Positions 41,620 to 51,706 of a stretch of DNA of 64,000 nucleotides are shown piece after piece. The notes beneath the pieces are model-generated. The model ran no database searches, was not told the DNA's origin, and worked only from the letters and a program-made list of their open reading frames with translations. Location: positions 160,001 through 224,000 of the forward strand of contig CAVZQN010000011.1 of NCBI GenBank assembly GCA_963777505.1, written 5' to 3'. This stretch comes from an uncultured bacterium (lineage in GTDB: Bacteria; Acidobacteriota; HRBIN11; JAKEFK01). The translations under genes were made by a program, and so were the position numbers. Numbering within the stretch: position 1 is the first letter of the stretch; the number at the start of each line of letters is the position of its first letter.

Positions 41620-42471
41620 TTATAAGTTAAATAACTTCAAAGCATTCGTGCGGGTAATTTTTTCAATCGCTTCATCACTCAATGATAGCTTCGAAAATTG
41701 TTCGAAGTTAGCGCGCATACCAGGCACCATAGGCGCAGGCCAATCTGTTCCAAACAAAGTCTTATCTGCAATATCCGCTAGCTTTGGAAAATAATCCAAA
41801 ACTTTTGATGGCGGAATACTTGAAACATCCATCATTACATTTGGAAATCTTCGAATCAGAAAAATACATGTTTCCATCCACAGCGGACGTCCTCCATGAG
41901 CCAAGATAATTTTTAATCGTGGAAAATCAACCGCAACATCATCAACATATATCGGGTCTGCGAAGCGGTTTCGAGCTCCACTAAAAATGGATGTACCCGT
42001 ATGGAACATTACCGGAATTCCGTCTTCTTCACACCGTCGATAAAGGTAGCTAAGTGATTCATTTCCTTCAAGATATTCGTTTGGGTAAACGCTCTGATGA
42101 GAGGGATGAATTTTGATCCCGCCTAATTTAAGCTTTCCAATCAATTCATCGATTCTCGATTCTTGCCCTGTTTTAATGCGGGGATCGATGGACCCAAACG
42201 GAATCAATCGCTTGCGATTTTCATTTGAAAAATTCGAAATGAATTCGTTTACCTCAGGTGTGAAGCCCATAATGTGCGGGCTGACATAATTAATCAGCGC
42301 GGCTGCTTCGACTCCTTCTGAATCCATATATTTCAGAAATTCTGAAGGTGAGTCCATCACCTTTGAAATGATTTCAAGATCTTTGCGATCGCGTTTCATG
42401 CGTTCCACAATTTCAGGTTTCATCATGCGCCATGGTTGAACATGAATGTGTGCATCAATAAAAAATTTCAT
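41620..42471 (-). CDS. Amidohydrolase_2 family metal-dependent hydrolase
   Basis: DAHIH, KIHP, FHTG, LAHGG, FGTDWP. Confidence 0.9.
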   Translation of the reverse strand: MKFFIDAHIHVQPWRMMKPEIVERMKRDRKDLEIISKVMDSPSEFLKYMDSEGVEAAALINYVSPHIMGFTPEVNEFISNFSNENRKRLIPFGSIDPRIKTGQESRIDELIGKLKLGGIKIHPSHQSVYPNEYLEGNESLSYLYRRCEEDGIPVMFHTGTSIFSGARNRFADPIYVDDVAVDFPRLKIILAHGGRPLWMETCIFLIRRFPNVMMDVSSIPPSKVLDYFPKLADIADKTLFGTDWPAPMVPGMRANFEQFSKLSLSDEAIEKITRTNALKLFNL

Positions 42472-42578
42472 AATTTAATTTTTAACCGCAAAGACTCTGA
42501 GGTAAATTTTATTTCATTTGAACTTTACTTCACACTGCTGTAAGATGCTAACACTTTTCCCCAAAAACAAATTGAAAT

Positions 42579-43403
42579 ATGAATGCTGATAGAGTTCTTG
42601 CCAGGGCAGAAGCCTGGAAGAAAAAATCCCATTGTCTGTCGATGAATCTCCGATTGAGATCCATTGGTGAAGCGCGAAAGTTTGTTAAAGAGCACTCGAT
42701 TGTACTTTGGGATGAAAAAGCGGAAGTTCCAAATTTGTTGGATGCAATTTTAGGAAGGATCGCAAACGGAAAAGAACGTCAGCAAAGTAAAGCAACAGAA
42801 AATTGTAAATTATGGCGCCGCCAGTTGTTGTCTGATCCGGAATTTCTGGAATGCAGGTTATTTCGAAAATATTCAACGGCGGTTTATCAAGACTTGTGGC
42901 CATACATTACTGTTTTTTCAAGATTGAACTGTAAAGCTGCTGAAGAAGGTGGAGAGCTTTCGCGTGATGCCAGGAAAATTTTCAACTACTTAAAAAAGGA
43001 AGGCCCTTCAGGAATCGATACAATCAAAAAGGGTTTGAAATTCACATCTTCAACCGAAGGAAGGCAATTTCAGAAAGCGAAACTAGAATTACAGTCGCTT
43101 CTGATTCTGGTAACCGGAGGCGATTCTCCGCAGGGTCACACCCTTGGATTATGGGAAAACTTAGTTCCAAAAAATGTGCGGTCTAGCGCAGACAAGATTA
43201 CCCCAAAAGAAGCGGGAGCCAGATTATTAGGGGCGGCATTAACATCCTCGGTTCTTGTCAATGAAAAGCAGCTTCCCAGGCTCTTTACATGGGCAAATGA
43301 CGAATCTGTCGATTGGGCGAAAGCTTTATTGGAAAGTCGCACTTTCATGCGTGTCCCTCGTAAAACTGAAACCTGGATTGTCCCTCGTAAAATCCTCCGA
43401 TAA
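42579..43403 (+). CDS. Hypothetical winged-helix protein (possibly AlkZ/YcaQ-related)
   Basis: ELSRDARKIFNYLKKEGP...FQKAKLELQSLLIL is a wHTH-like segment; family assignment weak. Confidence 0.5.
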   Translation: MNADRVLARAEAWKKKSHCLSMNLRLRSIGEARKFVKEHSIVLWDEKAEVPNLLDAILGRIANGKERQQSKATENCKLWRRQLLSDPEFLECRLFRKYSTAVYQDLWPYITVFSRLNCKAAEEGGELSRDARKIFNYLKKEGPSGIDTIKKGLKFTSSTEGRQFQKAKLELQSLLILVTGGDSPQGHTLGLWENLVPKNVRSSADKITPKEAGARLLGAALTSSVLVNEKQLPRLFTWANDESVDWAKALLESRTFMRVPRKTETWIVPRKILR

Positions 43404-43558
43404 GCCTCTGTGCCTCGAGTTAAACCTTTGCGTCTTTGCGGTTTCATTGTCCCTCGTAAGATCCTGCTCTAACCCTCTGTGCCTCGAGTTAAACCTCTGC
43501 GTCTCTGCGGTTATAGAGTCTCTGCGTCTCGAGTTAACCTCTGCGTCTTTGCGGTTTA
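43377..43558 (+). repeat. 69-bp-period tandem repeat containing the last codons of ORF42579 plus family B REP units
   Basis: Units start at 43377 and 43446, with a partial third at about 43520. Confidence 0.85.
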
Positions 43559-43613
43559 AAATTGACATTTCTGCTCGTGTCAGCTTAAATACATTGCTGT
43601 TGGAGATCGATTC

Positions 43614-44765
43614 ATGAAAAAAGGTTTGCTGTTTGTTGCGCTATTTCTGTGTTTTGTACTGCCTTTGTTTGCACAAGATACGAGACAGATTACAGCTGAA
43701 GGTGTTGCCTCAGTTGGAAACGATCCTGCAGCCGCTCGTGATAAGGCGATTGAGGATGCTTTAAGAAGGGCTGTTGAGCAAGCAGTAGGAACGATGGTTG
43801 AATCTGAAACCGCCGTTGAGAACTATAAACTGCTCAGTGATCGAATTTATTCACGCTCTTCAGGATATGTAAAGAATTACAACGTCGTATCCGAAAAGCA
43901 GGAAGGCGGATTGATTCGTGTAACAATTTCAGCCGATGTAAGTTCTGGTGATTTAAATAACGATCTTGCTGGCATCGGGCTTCTTCAAAGAAGAATGAAA
44001 TATCCCCGCGTCATGGTCTCCATCATTGAAGACAATCTTTTGACGACTGCTGATTATTGGAATACATACACAGTTTCGACATCGCAAGCCGAAAGTACAG
44101 TAAACATTAAGATGAAAGATAAAGGCTTCAACATGGTAGATCCGAATTTTATGAGGAAGTCTTTGAACGCAGCTGAAGCAAAAGACGCATGGGAGGGAGA
44201 CTACGCTACTGCCGGCAAATTTGGACAGCGGCTTGGTGCGGAAATCGTGATTGTGGGTCAAGCAACATCCACAAGAGCGGCCAATAACATAATGGGTTCC
44301 GATCTGCTGTCTGTAAGCAGCACAATTAATGCAACTGCAGTAAAAGCTGGAACTGGCGAAATGATTGCTCAAGCATCCGGCAAAGGAACTGCTGCTCATA
44401 TCAATGAAGTTGCCGCACTCCAGGAAAGCCTAAAAAAGGCTTCTGATCAGGTGGCTGATCAGCTTATTACCGGAATTATAGAAACATGGCAAAAGGAATC
44501 GTCAGGAACACGCGCTGTTGCTTTGCAAGTGAACGATATCTCACCAGCAGAACTGGAGCGTCTTAAAACCGCTATCGAAAAATTAAGAGGCGTTGCCGAA
44601 GTTCAAGTACGCAACTATTCCAGCGGTTCTGCCGATATTACTATTCAGGCTAAAACGGATGGGCAAGAACTCTCTTCACTTATTTCAAAGACGTCATTTC
44701 CAGGATTCAAACTTATCCTGGTCGATGCCTCCGTTGATCGCCTTGAATACAATGTCGTTCACTGA
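43614..44765 (+). CDS. Secreted protein with FlgT-N/LPP20-like N-terminal and CsgG/FlgT-M-like middle domain
   Basis: Signal peptide; AEGVA...ARDKAIEDALRRAVEQAVG...SSGYVKNYNV. Confidence 0.7.
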   Translation: MKKGLLFVALFLCFVLPLFAQDTRQITAEGVASVGNDPAAARDKAIEDALRRAVEQAVGTMVESETAVENYKLLSDRIYSRSSGYVKNYNVVSEKQEGGLIRVTISADVSSGDLNNDLAGIGLLQRRMKYPRVMVSIIEDNLLTTADYWNTYTVSTSQAESTVNIKMKDKGFNMVDPNFMRKSLNAAEAKDAWEGDYATAGKFGQRLGAEIVIVGQATSTRAANNIMGSDLLSVSSTINATAVKAGTGEMIAQASGKGTAAHINEVAALQESLKKASDQVADQLITGIIETWQKESSGTRAVALQVNDISPAELERLKTAIEKLRGVAEVQVRNYSSGSADITIQAKTDGQELSSLISKTSFPGFKLILVDASVDRLEYNVVH

Positions 44766-44778
44766 GGTATAAGTCAAA

Positions 44779-45417
44779 ATGAGATACTCAAGATTTTTAG
44801 TCTTAATTCTGATTTTTCTTCCTTTCTGTGTATTTGCTGAGGATCGTTATTCCGATCGTCAATACAACGCAGATGTAACTTTTTATGCTGGTGGATTTCT
44901 GGGCGATAGTTTCATCCTGAGTCCTCCTCAATTGTTGAGCGATTTCGGAGCTAGCACTCTGGATGATGATTTCATCGGTGGATTTCGTCTCGCATATCAC
45001 CTTAATCCTTATCTCGCGATGGAAGGATCTTTAGGGTTTACTCCTGCAAATGTTTTTTCTGAAGTATTTGTTGATGGTGGCTTAACGGGTACGGCTACAA
45101 TCCGGGTTGATACATATGTATTCAGCGCAAATCTTGTAGGAAATTTAGTGAAGCGCGGTCCAATCCGTCCGTTTTTAACAGGTGGAGTTAGCGCGGTACA
45201 TTTTGATTTTAGAGATTCGCCATTTTTCTTCGGTCTTAATCCATCAGAAACAGACATGGCTTTTAATGCAGGCGGCGGCTTACGGATTCCATTTCGCCAA
45301 GACATGAGCATGCGTTTTGATGGAAGATATTATTGGTTAACTCCGGATTTTTCCGGGGATGATGATCCTCGTTTTATGGAATTGTCAGGTGGCGTACAAA
45401 TTGATTTTGACTTTTAA
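44779..45417 (+). CDS. Small outer-membrane beta-barrel protein
   Basis: Signal peptide, RPFLTGG, AFNAGGG, terminal DFDF. Confidence 0.85.
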   Translation: MRYSRFLVLILIFLPFCVFAEDRYSDRQYNADVTFYAGGFLGDSFILSPPQLLSDFGASTLDDDFIGGFRLAYHLNPYLAMEGSLGFTPANVFSEVFVDGGLTGTATIRVDTYVFSANLVGNLVKRGPIRPFLTGGVSAVHFDFRDSPFFFGLNPSETDMAFNAGGGLRIPFRQDMSMRFDGRYYWLTPDFSGDDDPRFMELSGGVQIDFDF

Positions 45418-45444
45418 CAATTGGTTAGGTTGGAGGGTAAGTCG

Positions 45445-46335
45445 ATGAAACGTTTTTTAGTGATGTTCTTGTCTGTCGCATTGCTGGCGGCATTAGTTCA
45501 GGTTTCTCCGGCAGAAGCAGCGGGCAAGAAAATTCGTGTAGCTGTTTTTGATTTTGAAAACCACAGCCAATGGCATTGGTGGGGGGACAACCTAGGCAAA
45601 GCTGCCGGTAATGAATTCGTAACACACCTTGTAAATAGTGGCGAATTTACTGTAATTGAACGCGAGAAGATTCAGGCAGTTCTTGCAGAACAAGGTCTTG
45701 GGGCTTCGGGTGCTGTGACTCCATCAACAGCTCCAAAAATTGGAAAAATGCTAGGAGTGCAATTGCTGTTTACCGGTTCGATTACTTCATTTAGTATTAA
45801 GAAAACTGGTGGAAGCATTGCTGGTTTTGGTGCATCGTTTGGAAAAGCAGAATCGAAGCTTGATGTAAGAATGATTGATACAACCACAGGTGAAATTCTT
45901 CTTGCAGCAACAGGCGCAGGAAATAAGAAAATGGGCGGAGCATCTTTCCAAGGGACGAGCTTTGAACAGCAATATGATGAAGGAGTCGCAAGTGAAGCGC
46001 TACGTCCAGCAGTAGAACAGGTTACAAAACAGGTCCTGGCGCAGAAGGATAAATTGACGCATCTTGCTCCAGTTGCCGGTGCCGGAAAAGTCGTTGATGT
46101 AAAAGCAGCCAATAAAATTTACATTGATGGCGGTCAGGAAGGCGGCGTAAATGTTGGCGATACATATGCCGTATACCGCGTAACTGAAGAAATTAAAGAT
46201 GAAGATGGGAACGTTCTTGATACAGTTACAGAAAAAGTGGGTCAGATCGTAGTGACACAAGTCTTAACGAAATCAGCGATCGCAGAAACAAGAAGCGGAA
46301 CCATTAAGAAGGGCGATACTTACAGAAAAGAGTAA
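45445..46335 (+). CDS. CsgG/HfaB-family protein with FlgT-C-like C-terminal domain
   Basis: RVAVFDFEN, FTVIEREKIQAVLAEQ, LDVRMIDTTTGEI; IYIDGG...GVNVGD. Confidence 0.82.
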   Translation: MKRFLVMFLSVALLAALVQVSPAEAAGKKIRVAVFDFENHSQWHWWGDNLGKAAGNEFVTHLVNSGEFTVIEREKIQAVLAEQGLGASGAVTPSTAPKIGKMLGVQLLFTGSITSFSIKKTGGSIAGFGASFGKAESKLDVRMIDTTTGEILLAATGAGNKKMGGASFQGTSFEQQYDEGVASEALRPAVEQVTKQVLAQKDKLTHLAPVAGAGKVVDVKAANKIYIDGGQEGGVNVGDTYAVYRVTEEIKDEDGNVLDTVTEKVGQIVVTQVLTKSAIAETRSGTIKKGDTYRKE

Positions 46336-46357
46336 TTCGTCCGGAGCATTGATTTCA

Positions 46358-46391
46358 TAAAGGCCCGCTGCAGGCGGGCCTTTTCTTTTTT
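46358..46391 (+). terminator. Intrinsic terminator
   Basis: aaggcccgc/gcgggcctt stem followed by a T-run. Confidence 0.8.
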
Positions 46392-46403
46392 ACGGCAGAA
46401 CGC

Positions 46404-47003
46404 ATGATAAAAATACAATTAACCACCGCAACGATATTAACGTTGTTGCGAATGTTCTTAATTCCATTTGTTGCGATGGGGATCCTGTATAACCGTTACG
46501 GTCTTGCGTTGATTATTTTTCTAGTCTCCGGTGTAACTGATCTCTTGGACGGTTTTATCGCGCGGAGATTTCAGCAAAAAACGAAGCTGGGTGCATTACT
46601 GGATCCGATGGCGGATAAAATGTTGCTGTCTGCATCCTTTTTGTTACTGACATTTCCCAAAGACTTAACCGTGGCGATCCCGCTCTGGCTAGCAATTATG
46701 GTATTTAGCCGTGATATTTTTATCGTGGTGAGCGCAGTCGCTGTAACTTTAACTACCGGATTCAAAAAATTTGAGCCATCGATCTATGGCAAAGCAAGCA
46801 CGTTTATACAAATTGCGTGCGTACTTACAGTGCTTGTGTTGAATTATTTGCGATGGGACCCAGACTGGGTTCAATGGCTATTTTATCTGACGTTTGCTCT
46901 CACGCTTTTTTCCGGAGTTCACTACATATATATTTTTACGCAAAGATATGCGGAGTTTGAAGGATCACAGGGTCAAGATAATAGAAACAACCCTGCAGGA
47001 TAG
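46404..47003 (+). CDS. pgsA: CDP-alcohol phosphatidyltransferase (PgsA-like)
   Basis: TDLLDGFIARR...GALLDPMADK. Confidence 0.85.
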   Translation: MIKIQLTTATILTLLRMFLIPFVAMGILYNRYGLALIIFLVSGVTDLLDGFIARRFQQKTKLGALLDPMADKMLLSASFLLLTFPKDLTVAIPLWLAIMVFSRDIFIVVSAVAVTLTTGFKKFEPSIYGKASTFIQIACVLTVLVLNYLRWDPDWVQWLFYLTFALTLFSGVHYIYIFTQRYAEFEGSQGQDNRNNPAG

Positions 47004-47041
47004 ACAATCGCCGGTTTCTATGCGTTAAATTAGCAAGCCTT

Positions 47042-48142
47042 ATGGATGTTAAGAAGCCGAAGTGGATGAGAATCGGAGTCATTGCTGTAATTATTCTTGC
47101 AGCAATTTTCTTCTATAAATTGCGCGGCGTTTTATGGCCATTCGTTTTTTCCTTCTTTATTGCGTACATCCTGAATCCCTGGGTAGATTTTTTTCAGCGG
47201 CGCCGTTTTTCGCGAACTGTTTCAGTCTTCATCGTATTCGGCATCGTTGTGGTGATGTTCATTGGTTTCTTATTAATTCTTGTGCCGCAGATTATGACCG
47301 AAGTCGATCATGTGCGTGAGAAATTTCCCCAATACGTTGAGGTAGCCCGTTCAAAATTATTGCCGTGGTTTCAAGATTGGCTTAAAGAACATCCTGATAT
47401 TCAAAAGAATATGCAGGATTACTACGAAAAATCGTTGAAACCGCGAATACCCGCACTGTTAACGCCAGTGCTTGCATTTCTTGGTTCCATGTTTTCCGGG
47501 GTTGCTAGTTTTATCGTTGAAATGTTGAATGTCTTGCTTGTACCGGTGCTTGCGTTTTACATGCTTTCTGATTTTCCACGGATCAAGCAGCGATTTATGG
47601 AATTGTTTCCGCCAAGACACCAATCTTCGGTACAAACAAAGATCGTGGAAGTCGATGACGCGCTGGGAGGATATTTACGCGGACAGCTTACGGTCTCGTT
47701 ATGTCTTGCGGTCATCTACATCATAGGTCTGCTGATTCTGCGAGTGCCGCTCGCAATTCCTATCGGAATCTTTTCAGGACTCGCCAACATGGTCCCTTAT
47801 CTGGGTATTATTTTGGGTATCAGCATGTCATTTATTTTTTCGTTTGTTGATAATCAGGATTGGCATCGATTGATTTGGATTGTTGTTGTTTATTCACTTG
47901 CGCAATTGCTGGAAGGTGTTGCGATTGGTCCGCTGATTGTTGGAAAGCGAACCGGTTTGCATCCCGTGCTGATCATGCTCGCACTTGTAGTTGGTGGAAC
48001 GCTGTTTGGATTTATTGGGATGCTTCTCGCAGTGCCTGTATTTGCGATGGCCAGTGTGTTCATCAAGTCGGCATATTTCTGGTATCTCAATTCAGAATGG
48101 TATCAAGAACGGAAAACACCAAAACCCACCATTGCTGAATAG
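47042..48142 (+). CDS. AI-2E (PerM) family transporter
   Basis: YILNPWVD, YLRGQL, VPYLG, GLHPV...GGTLFGFIGMLLAVP. Confidence 0.92.
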   Translation: MDVKKPKWMRIGVIAVIILAAIFFYKLRGVLWPFVFSFFIAYILNPWVDFFQRRRFSRTVSVFIVFGIVVVMFIGFLLILVPQIMTEVDHVREKFPQYVEVARSKLLPWFQDWLKEHPDIQKNMQDYYEKSLKPRIPALLTPVLAFLGSMFSGVASFIVEMLNVLLVPVLAFYMLSDFPRIKQRFMELFPPRHQSSVQTKIVEVDDALGGYLRGQLTVSLCLAVIYIIGLLILRVPLAIPIGIFSGLANMVPYLGIILGISMSFIFSFVDNQDWHRLIWIVVVYSLAQLLEGVAIGPLIVGKRTGLHPVLIMLALVVGGTLFGFIGMLLAVPVFAMASVFIKSAYFWYLNSEWYQERKTPKPTIAE

Positions 48143-48167
48143 GAATTAACCGCAAAGACGCAGAGCT

Positions 48168-49067
48168 ATGATAAATGTAACTGAACAGCAAGTTAGAGAA
48201 TTATTGCCAGTATCTGAATGTATTGATGTACTTCGTGATGCTTTTTCGCGCGACTTCATCAACATTCCACGTTATCGATTAAAGTCCGCAAATTCGCTGC
48301 TGAGTGTAATGTCGGCTTCGATTCCGGATCTGGGCATCATGGGCTTGAAATCGTATAGCAGTACACACGAAGCCAGTTATTTTGTCGTGTTGTTGTTTAA
48401 TGAGCGCGATGGCAAGTTGATGGGAACATTCGAGGCAGATGCACTTGGACAAATCCGTACAGGCGCCGCAAGCGGTCTCGCAACTTTATTTTTAAGCAGA
48501 CAGGATTCTACAATCGGTGCAATCATCGGTACAGGCTTTCAGGCAGAAACACAGCTGCTCGCTATTGATCATGTTAGAAATTTAAAAGAAGTTAGAATCC
48601 ATTCACGATCGGAAGAAAATCGTTCAAAGTTTGTAGATAAAATGCAGTCTCGTGTAAAGGCTCGACTTGTTGCAAAAAACACCGCTGAAGAGGCAGTTCG
48701 TGACGCAGATATTATTTGCACGATCACAGCGTCAAAGACACCTGTCGTTCTTGGTGACTGGATTAAGCCTGGAGCGCATCTGAATGCCGCCGGAACGAAC
48801 TGGGCATCGAAACGTGAGGTAGATGAAGCGACTGTAAAACGCAGCACATTGATTGTCGTTGACCATCGAGAACAAAGCAAAATTGAGGCAGGCGACCTGA
48901 TTGGTATCGTTGAAGATTGGAATAGTGTTTACGAATTAACCGACGTAGTTCGAGGTCGTATTGGGCGGACCTCACCGGAGCAAATCACATTCTTTAAGTC
49001 CAACGGTCTTGCTGTTGAAGATATTGCATCGGCCTTCCATCTATACAAGAAAATTATTCAACAGTGA
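48168..49067 (+). CDS. Ornithine cyclodeaminase/mu-crystallin family protein
   Basis: RTGAASG, IGTGFQA, FFKSNGLAVED. Confidence 0.9.
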   Translation: MINVTEQQVRELLPVSECIDVLRDAFSRDFINIPRYRLKSANSLLSVMSASIPDLGIMGLKSYSSTHEASYFVVLLFNERDGKLMGTFEADALGQIRTGAASGLATLFLSRQDSTIGAIIGTGFQAETQLLAIDHVRNLKEVRIHSRSEENRSKFVDKMQSRVKARLVAKNTAEEAVRDADIICTITASKTPVVLGDWIKPGAHLNAAGTNWASKREVDEATVKRSTLIVVDHREQSKIEAGDLIGIVEDWNSVYELTDVVRGRIGRTSPEQITFFKSNGLAVEDIASAFHLYKKIIQQ

Positions 49068-49105
49068 AAAAGCCTTTCCACAAACTTCCAGTGTCTGATT
49101 CAAAG

Positions 49106-50146
49106 ATGAAGCTTTTGTTTCTTTTACTATTCTTTGCGATGGTTACATCCTCATTTGCAGCCTCCGATCTCGAACTCAATCAGGTAACGCCAACGATCGA
49201 CTCTAACGAACAGCTCCTCCGACTTCAGCTAACGATTTCGAATCGTGGGACAGCTTCTTCCGAAAACATACGCTGCAGGCTGAGTCTTTACTCCGGACAA
49301 CAACTCGTAGAATCCGTCATTTATCAGTTGCAGCCGTTAGGTTCAGGTGAGTCGCGGGAAGAAAATTTAGACTGGAAGATTACTGCCTCGGGCGCAAATG
49401 CAATTGGCGTTGAGCTGTTTGATGAACTTCTTCCAGATGAATACCCTTCAAATAATTTTGTGAAATTGGCATTTCGATTTCCTGGAGTAGCTAAATCGGA
49501 TTTAGAGCTAGTTGAAGTGAAGTTTCCTGAAGAACAGAAATTGGAAGGAAAGAGCGCTGTGTTTCGAGTGTTGATTCGTAATAAAGGTCCGGTTGAAATC
49601 AGATCATCAATCCTGAAAATCGACCTTACTCAATTTCGACAGTCTGTTGTTTCCATGACTAAGAAATTAGGACGACTGGAGCCAGGCGAAGAGAAAGAAG
49701 TGAAAGCCGTGTTGAGTCTTCCGATTGATGGCATATCCGTGGAACAAGTCTTGTTTGAAGCTCGCTGCGATATTCAGGATTCTTCGGTTGAGGAAGATGA
49801 CTTGTCTAATAATGTATTTTCGAAACCATTGCTGCTCAGTATACGAATGCCGGATTTGATCGTGAAAGATATGAGAGTTGATGGACGCGGAAATCTTGCA
49901 TTTTGGGTCGTCAATCGCGGCACTGCCCGATCGTTACCGACAGTCACTGCGCTGTATGTGAATGGCGCATTGGTTCGCCGGTTCAACACTCCTGAGATGG
50001 GAGTTAGTAAATCGCGGCGGCATGTTTATGGTGGTACAAAAGTGCCGGTCGGGACGCAAGTAGCTGTTGTTGCAGATTTCAATGCTGATCTAAGTGAATC
50101 ATCCGAAGAAAATAACCGGCTGAATTTTACTGTCCCTTCCAAGTAG
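49106..50146 (+). CDS. Secreted protein with three CARDB-like Ig domains
   Basis: Signal peptide; repeated xDL...NxG...E...NN motifs. Confidence 0.75.
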   Translation: MKLLFLLLFFAMVTSSFAASDLELNQVTPTIDSNEQLLRLQLTISNRGTASSENIRCRLSLYSGQQLVESVIYQLQPLGSGESREENLDWKITASGANAIGVELFDELLPDEYPSNNFVKLAFRFPGVAKSDLELVEVKFPEEQKLEGKSAVFRVLIRNKGPVEIRSSILKIDLTQFRQSVVSMTKKLGRLEPGEEKEVKAVLSLPIDGISVEQVLFEARCDIQDSSVEEDDLSNNVFSKPLLLSIRMPDLIVKDMRVDGRGNLAFWVVNRGTARSLPTVTALYVNGALVRRFNTPEMGVSKSRRHVYGGTKVPVGTQVAVVADFNADLSESSEENNRLNFTVPSK

Positions 50147-50176
50147 AAGAAAAGATTTACCACAGAGACACGGAGG

Positions 50177-51564
50177 TTAATCTTTTTCGATGCTGAGGCG
50201 TTTCATCATTTTGCGCAATCCAAATGGAGTGACATTCAGTTGCTCCGCAGCTTTTGGTACATTCCCTTGATGATGATCCAGTACCCGAAGGATTAATCTT
50301 TTTGTAAATTCATCCACAGTCGTTCTTAGATCAAACTTTCCTTCTTGCAGCGTTACATCCATCAGATCGCTGACACTACCGCCGCCGCTTCCAAGTAACT
50401 TTTCCGGCACCAGATGAACATCAAGAACTTCACCAGGATGAGCCAACGCGACCATCGCTTTCAAAATGTTAATGAGTTCCCGGACATTTCCCGGATAGGA
50501 ATAACTCATCAACAGCGCAAGTAATCGTTTACTGATTCCGGTCAGCCTCTTATTTTCTTTTGCGGAAATTTGATACAACAGAGCAGGAATCAGGACTTCG
50601 AGATCATCCTTCCGTTCACGAAGCGGCGGAATATAAATTTCGATTGCGGCAAGCCTGTGATAGAGATCCTCACGAAGCTTTCCTTGACGCATTAAATCCT
50701 GAGGGTCTTCGTTGGTTGCAGAAAGAACACGAAAGTTTACCGGGATGCGGCGATTCTCACCAATCGGAGTAACCGATTTGTCCTCAATTGATCGCAGAAT
50801 TTTTGGCTGTAATGCAATTGGAAAAGAGCCGAGTTCATCTAAAAACAAAGTCCCATCTTCTGCAGCCATAATCTTTCCCTTGCGCTGATTCACATTCGTT
50901 GCTGCTTTTTCTACGATTCCAAATAATTCAGCTTCGACAAGTTCGGATGGTAAGGCTGCGCAATTCACCGGTATAAATGGTCCCCCAGATCGTTTACTGG
51001 AAAGGTGGACCATGTTGGATAGAAAATCTTTTCCAGTGCCTGTCTCACCGATGAACAGGATATTGATATCGCTATCGGCAATAGAATGCAGTTTTTTGTA
51101 CGTCTCCATCATTGCCTGCGATTTTCCAAGAATCATTCCGGGAGGCAGCACAAGTTTTGGAAATGAAAATGGAATTCCTTCTGCGCGAAGTTCGACTTGC
51201 CCAATCGATCTGTTTCTGGAATGTTTCCCAAAACTCTTGGATCATCGGGAAGATTGATCTTTTGAATTTCTTCAGAAGTTGGTTCTACGCGGATTGTAAT
51301 CGCACCAGTTTCGATCACATCACCAGGTTTGAGGATTTGCGAAGAAACCTTCTTGCCGTTTAGCAACACACCATTCGTGCTTCCTAGATCCTGTAAAAGC
51401 CATCCGGAACCTTTTTTGGTCAATGAAAAATGACGACGAGAAATTCCCTTATATGGAAGATAAATCGCATTATCCGGCAGAGAGCCGGCGGTCACTTCTG
51501 GGACATCATCCGAAAGAGGGAAGGGAATCCTTCGTTCGTTACAGATCGCAACGAGTTGAATCAC
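50177..51564 (-). CDS. FHA domain-AAA+ sigma54 enhancer-binding protein-HTH; 1-bp frameshift near 51160
   Basis: FHA ISRRH...DLGSTNG; GETGTGK, VNCAAL, LFLDEL, LREDLYHRL, YPGNVREL; GAFTGA replaced by KAATNV. Confidence 0.85.
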
Positions 51565-51619
51565 ATGTGTTTTGTATCACAACCCGGGAGAATTCCATAG
51601 AAATGTACTCATCAATTCC

Positions 51620-51654
51620 GCAACTGCCGTTGTTGAAGAAGCAACGCGAATTGC
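51620..51654. promoter_or_regulatory. Candidate upstream activator sequence: two 14-bp imperfect palindromes GCAAC-N4-RTTGY, 21 bp apart
   Basis: gcaactgccgttgt (51620-51633) and gcaacgcgaattgc (51641-51654). Confidence 0.55.
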
Positions 51655-51706
51655 TGCATTTGAGGCTCTTTCGACGGAGACTCGGATGAAAATCATCGAT
51701 TTCTGA

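Noticed and set aside
43377-43558. CRISPR array
   Set aside because: Only 2-3 degenerate units, the 'spacers' are copies of the adjacent gene end, and there are no cas genes
45445-46335. Curli biogenesis operon
   Set aside because: No csgA/B/E/F-like genes or curlin repeats nearby
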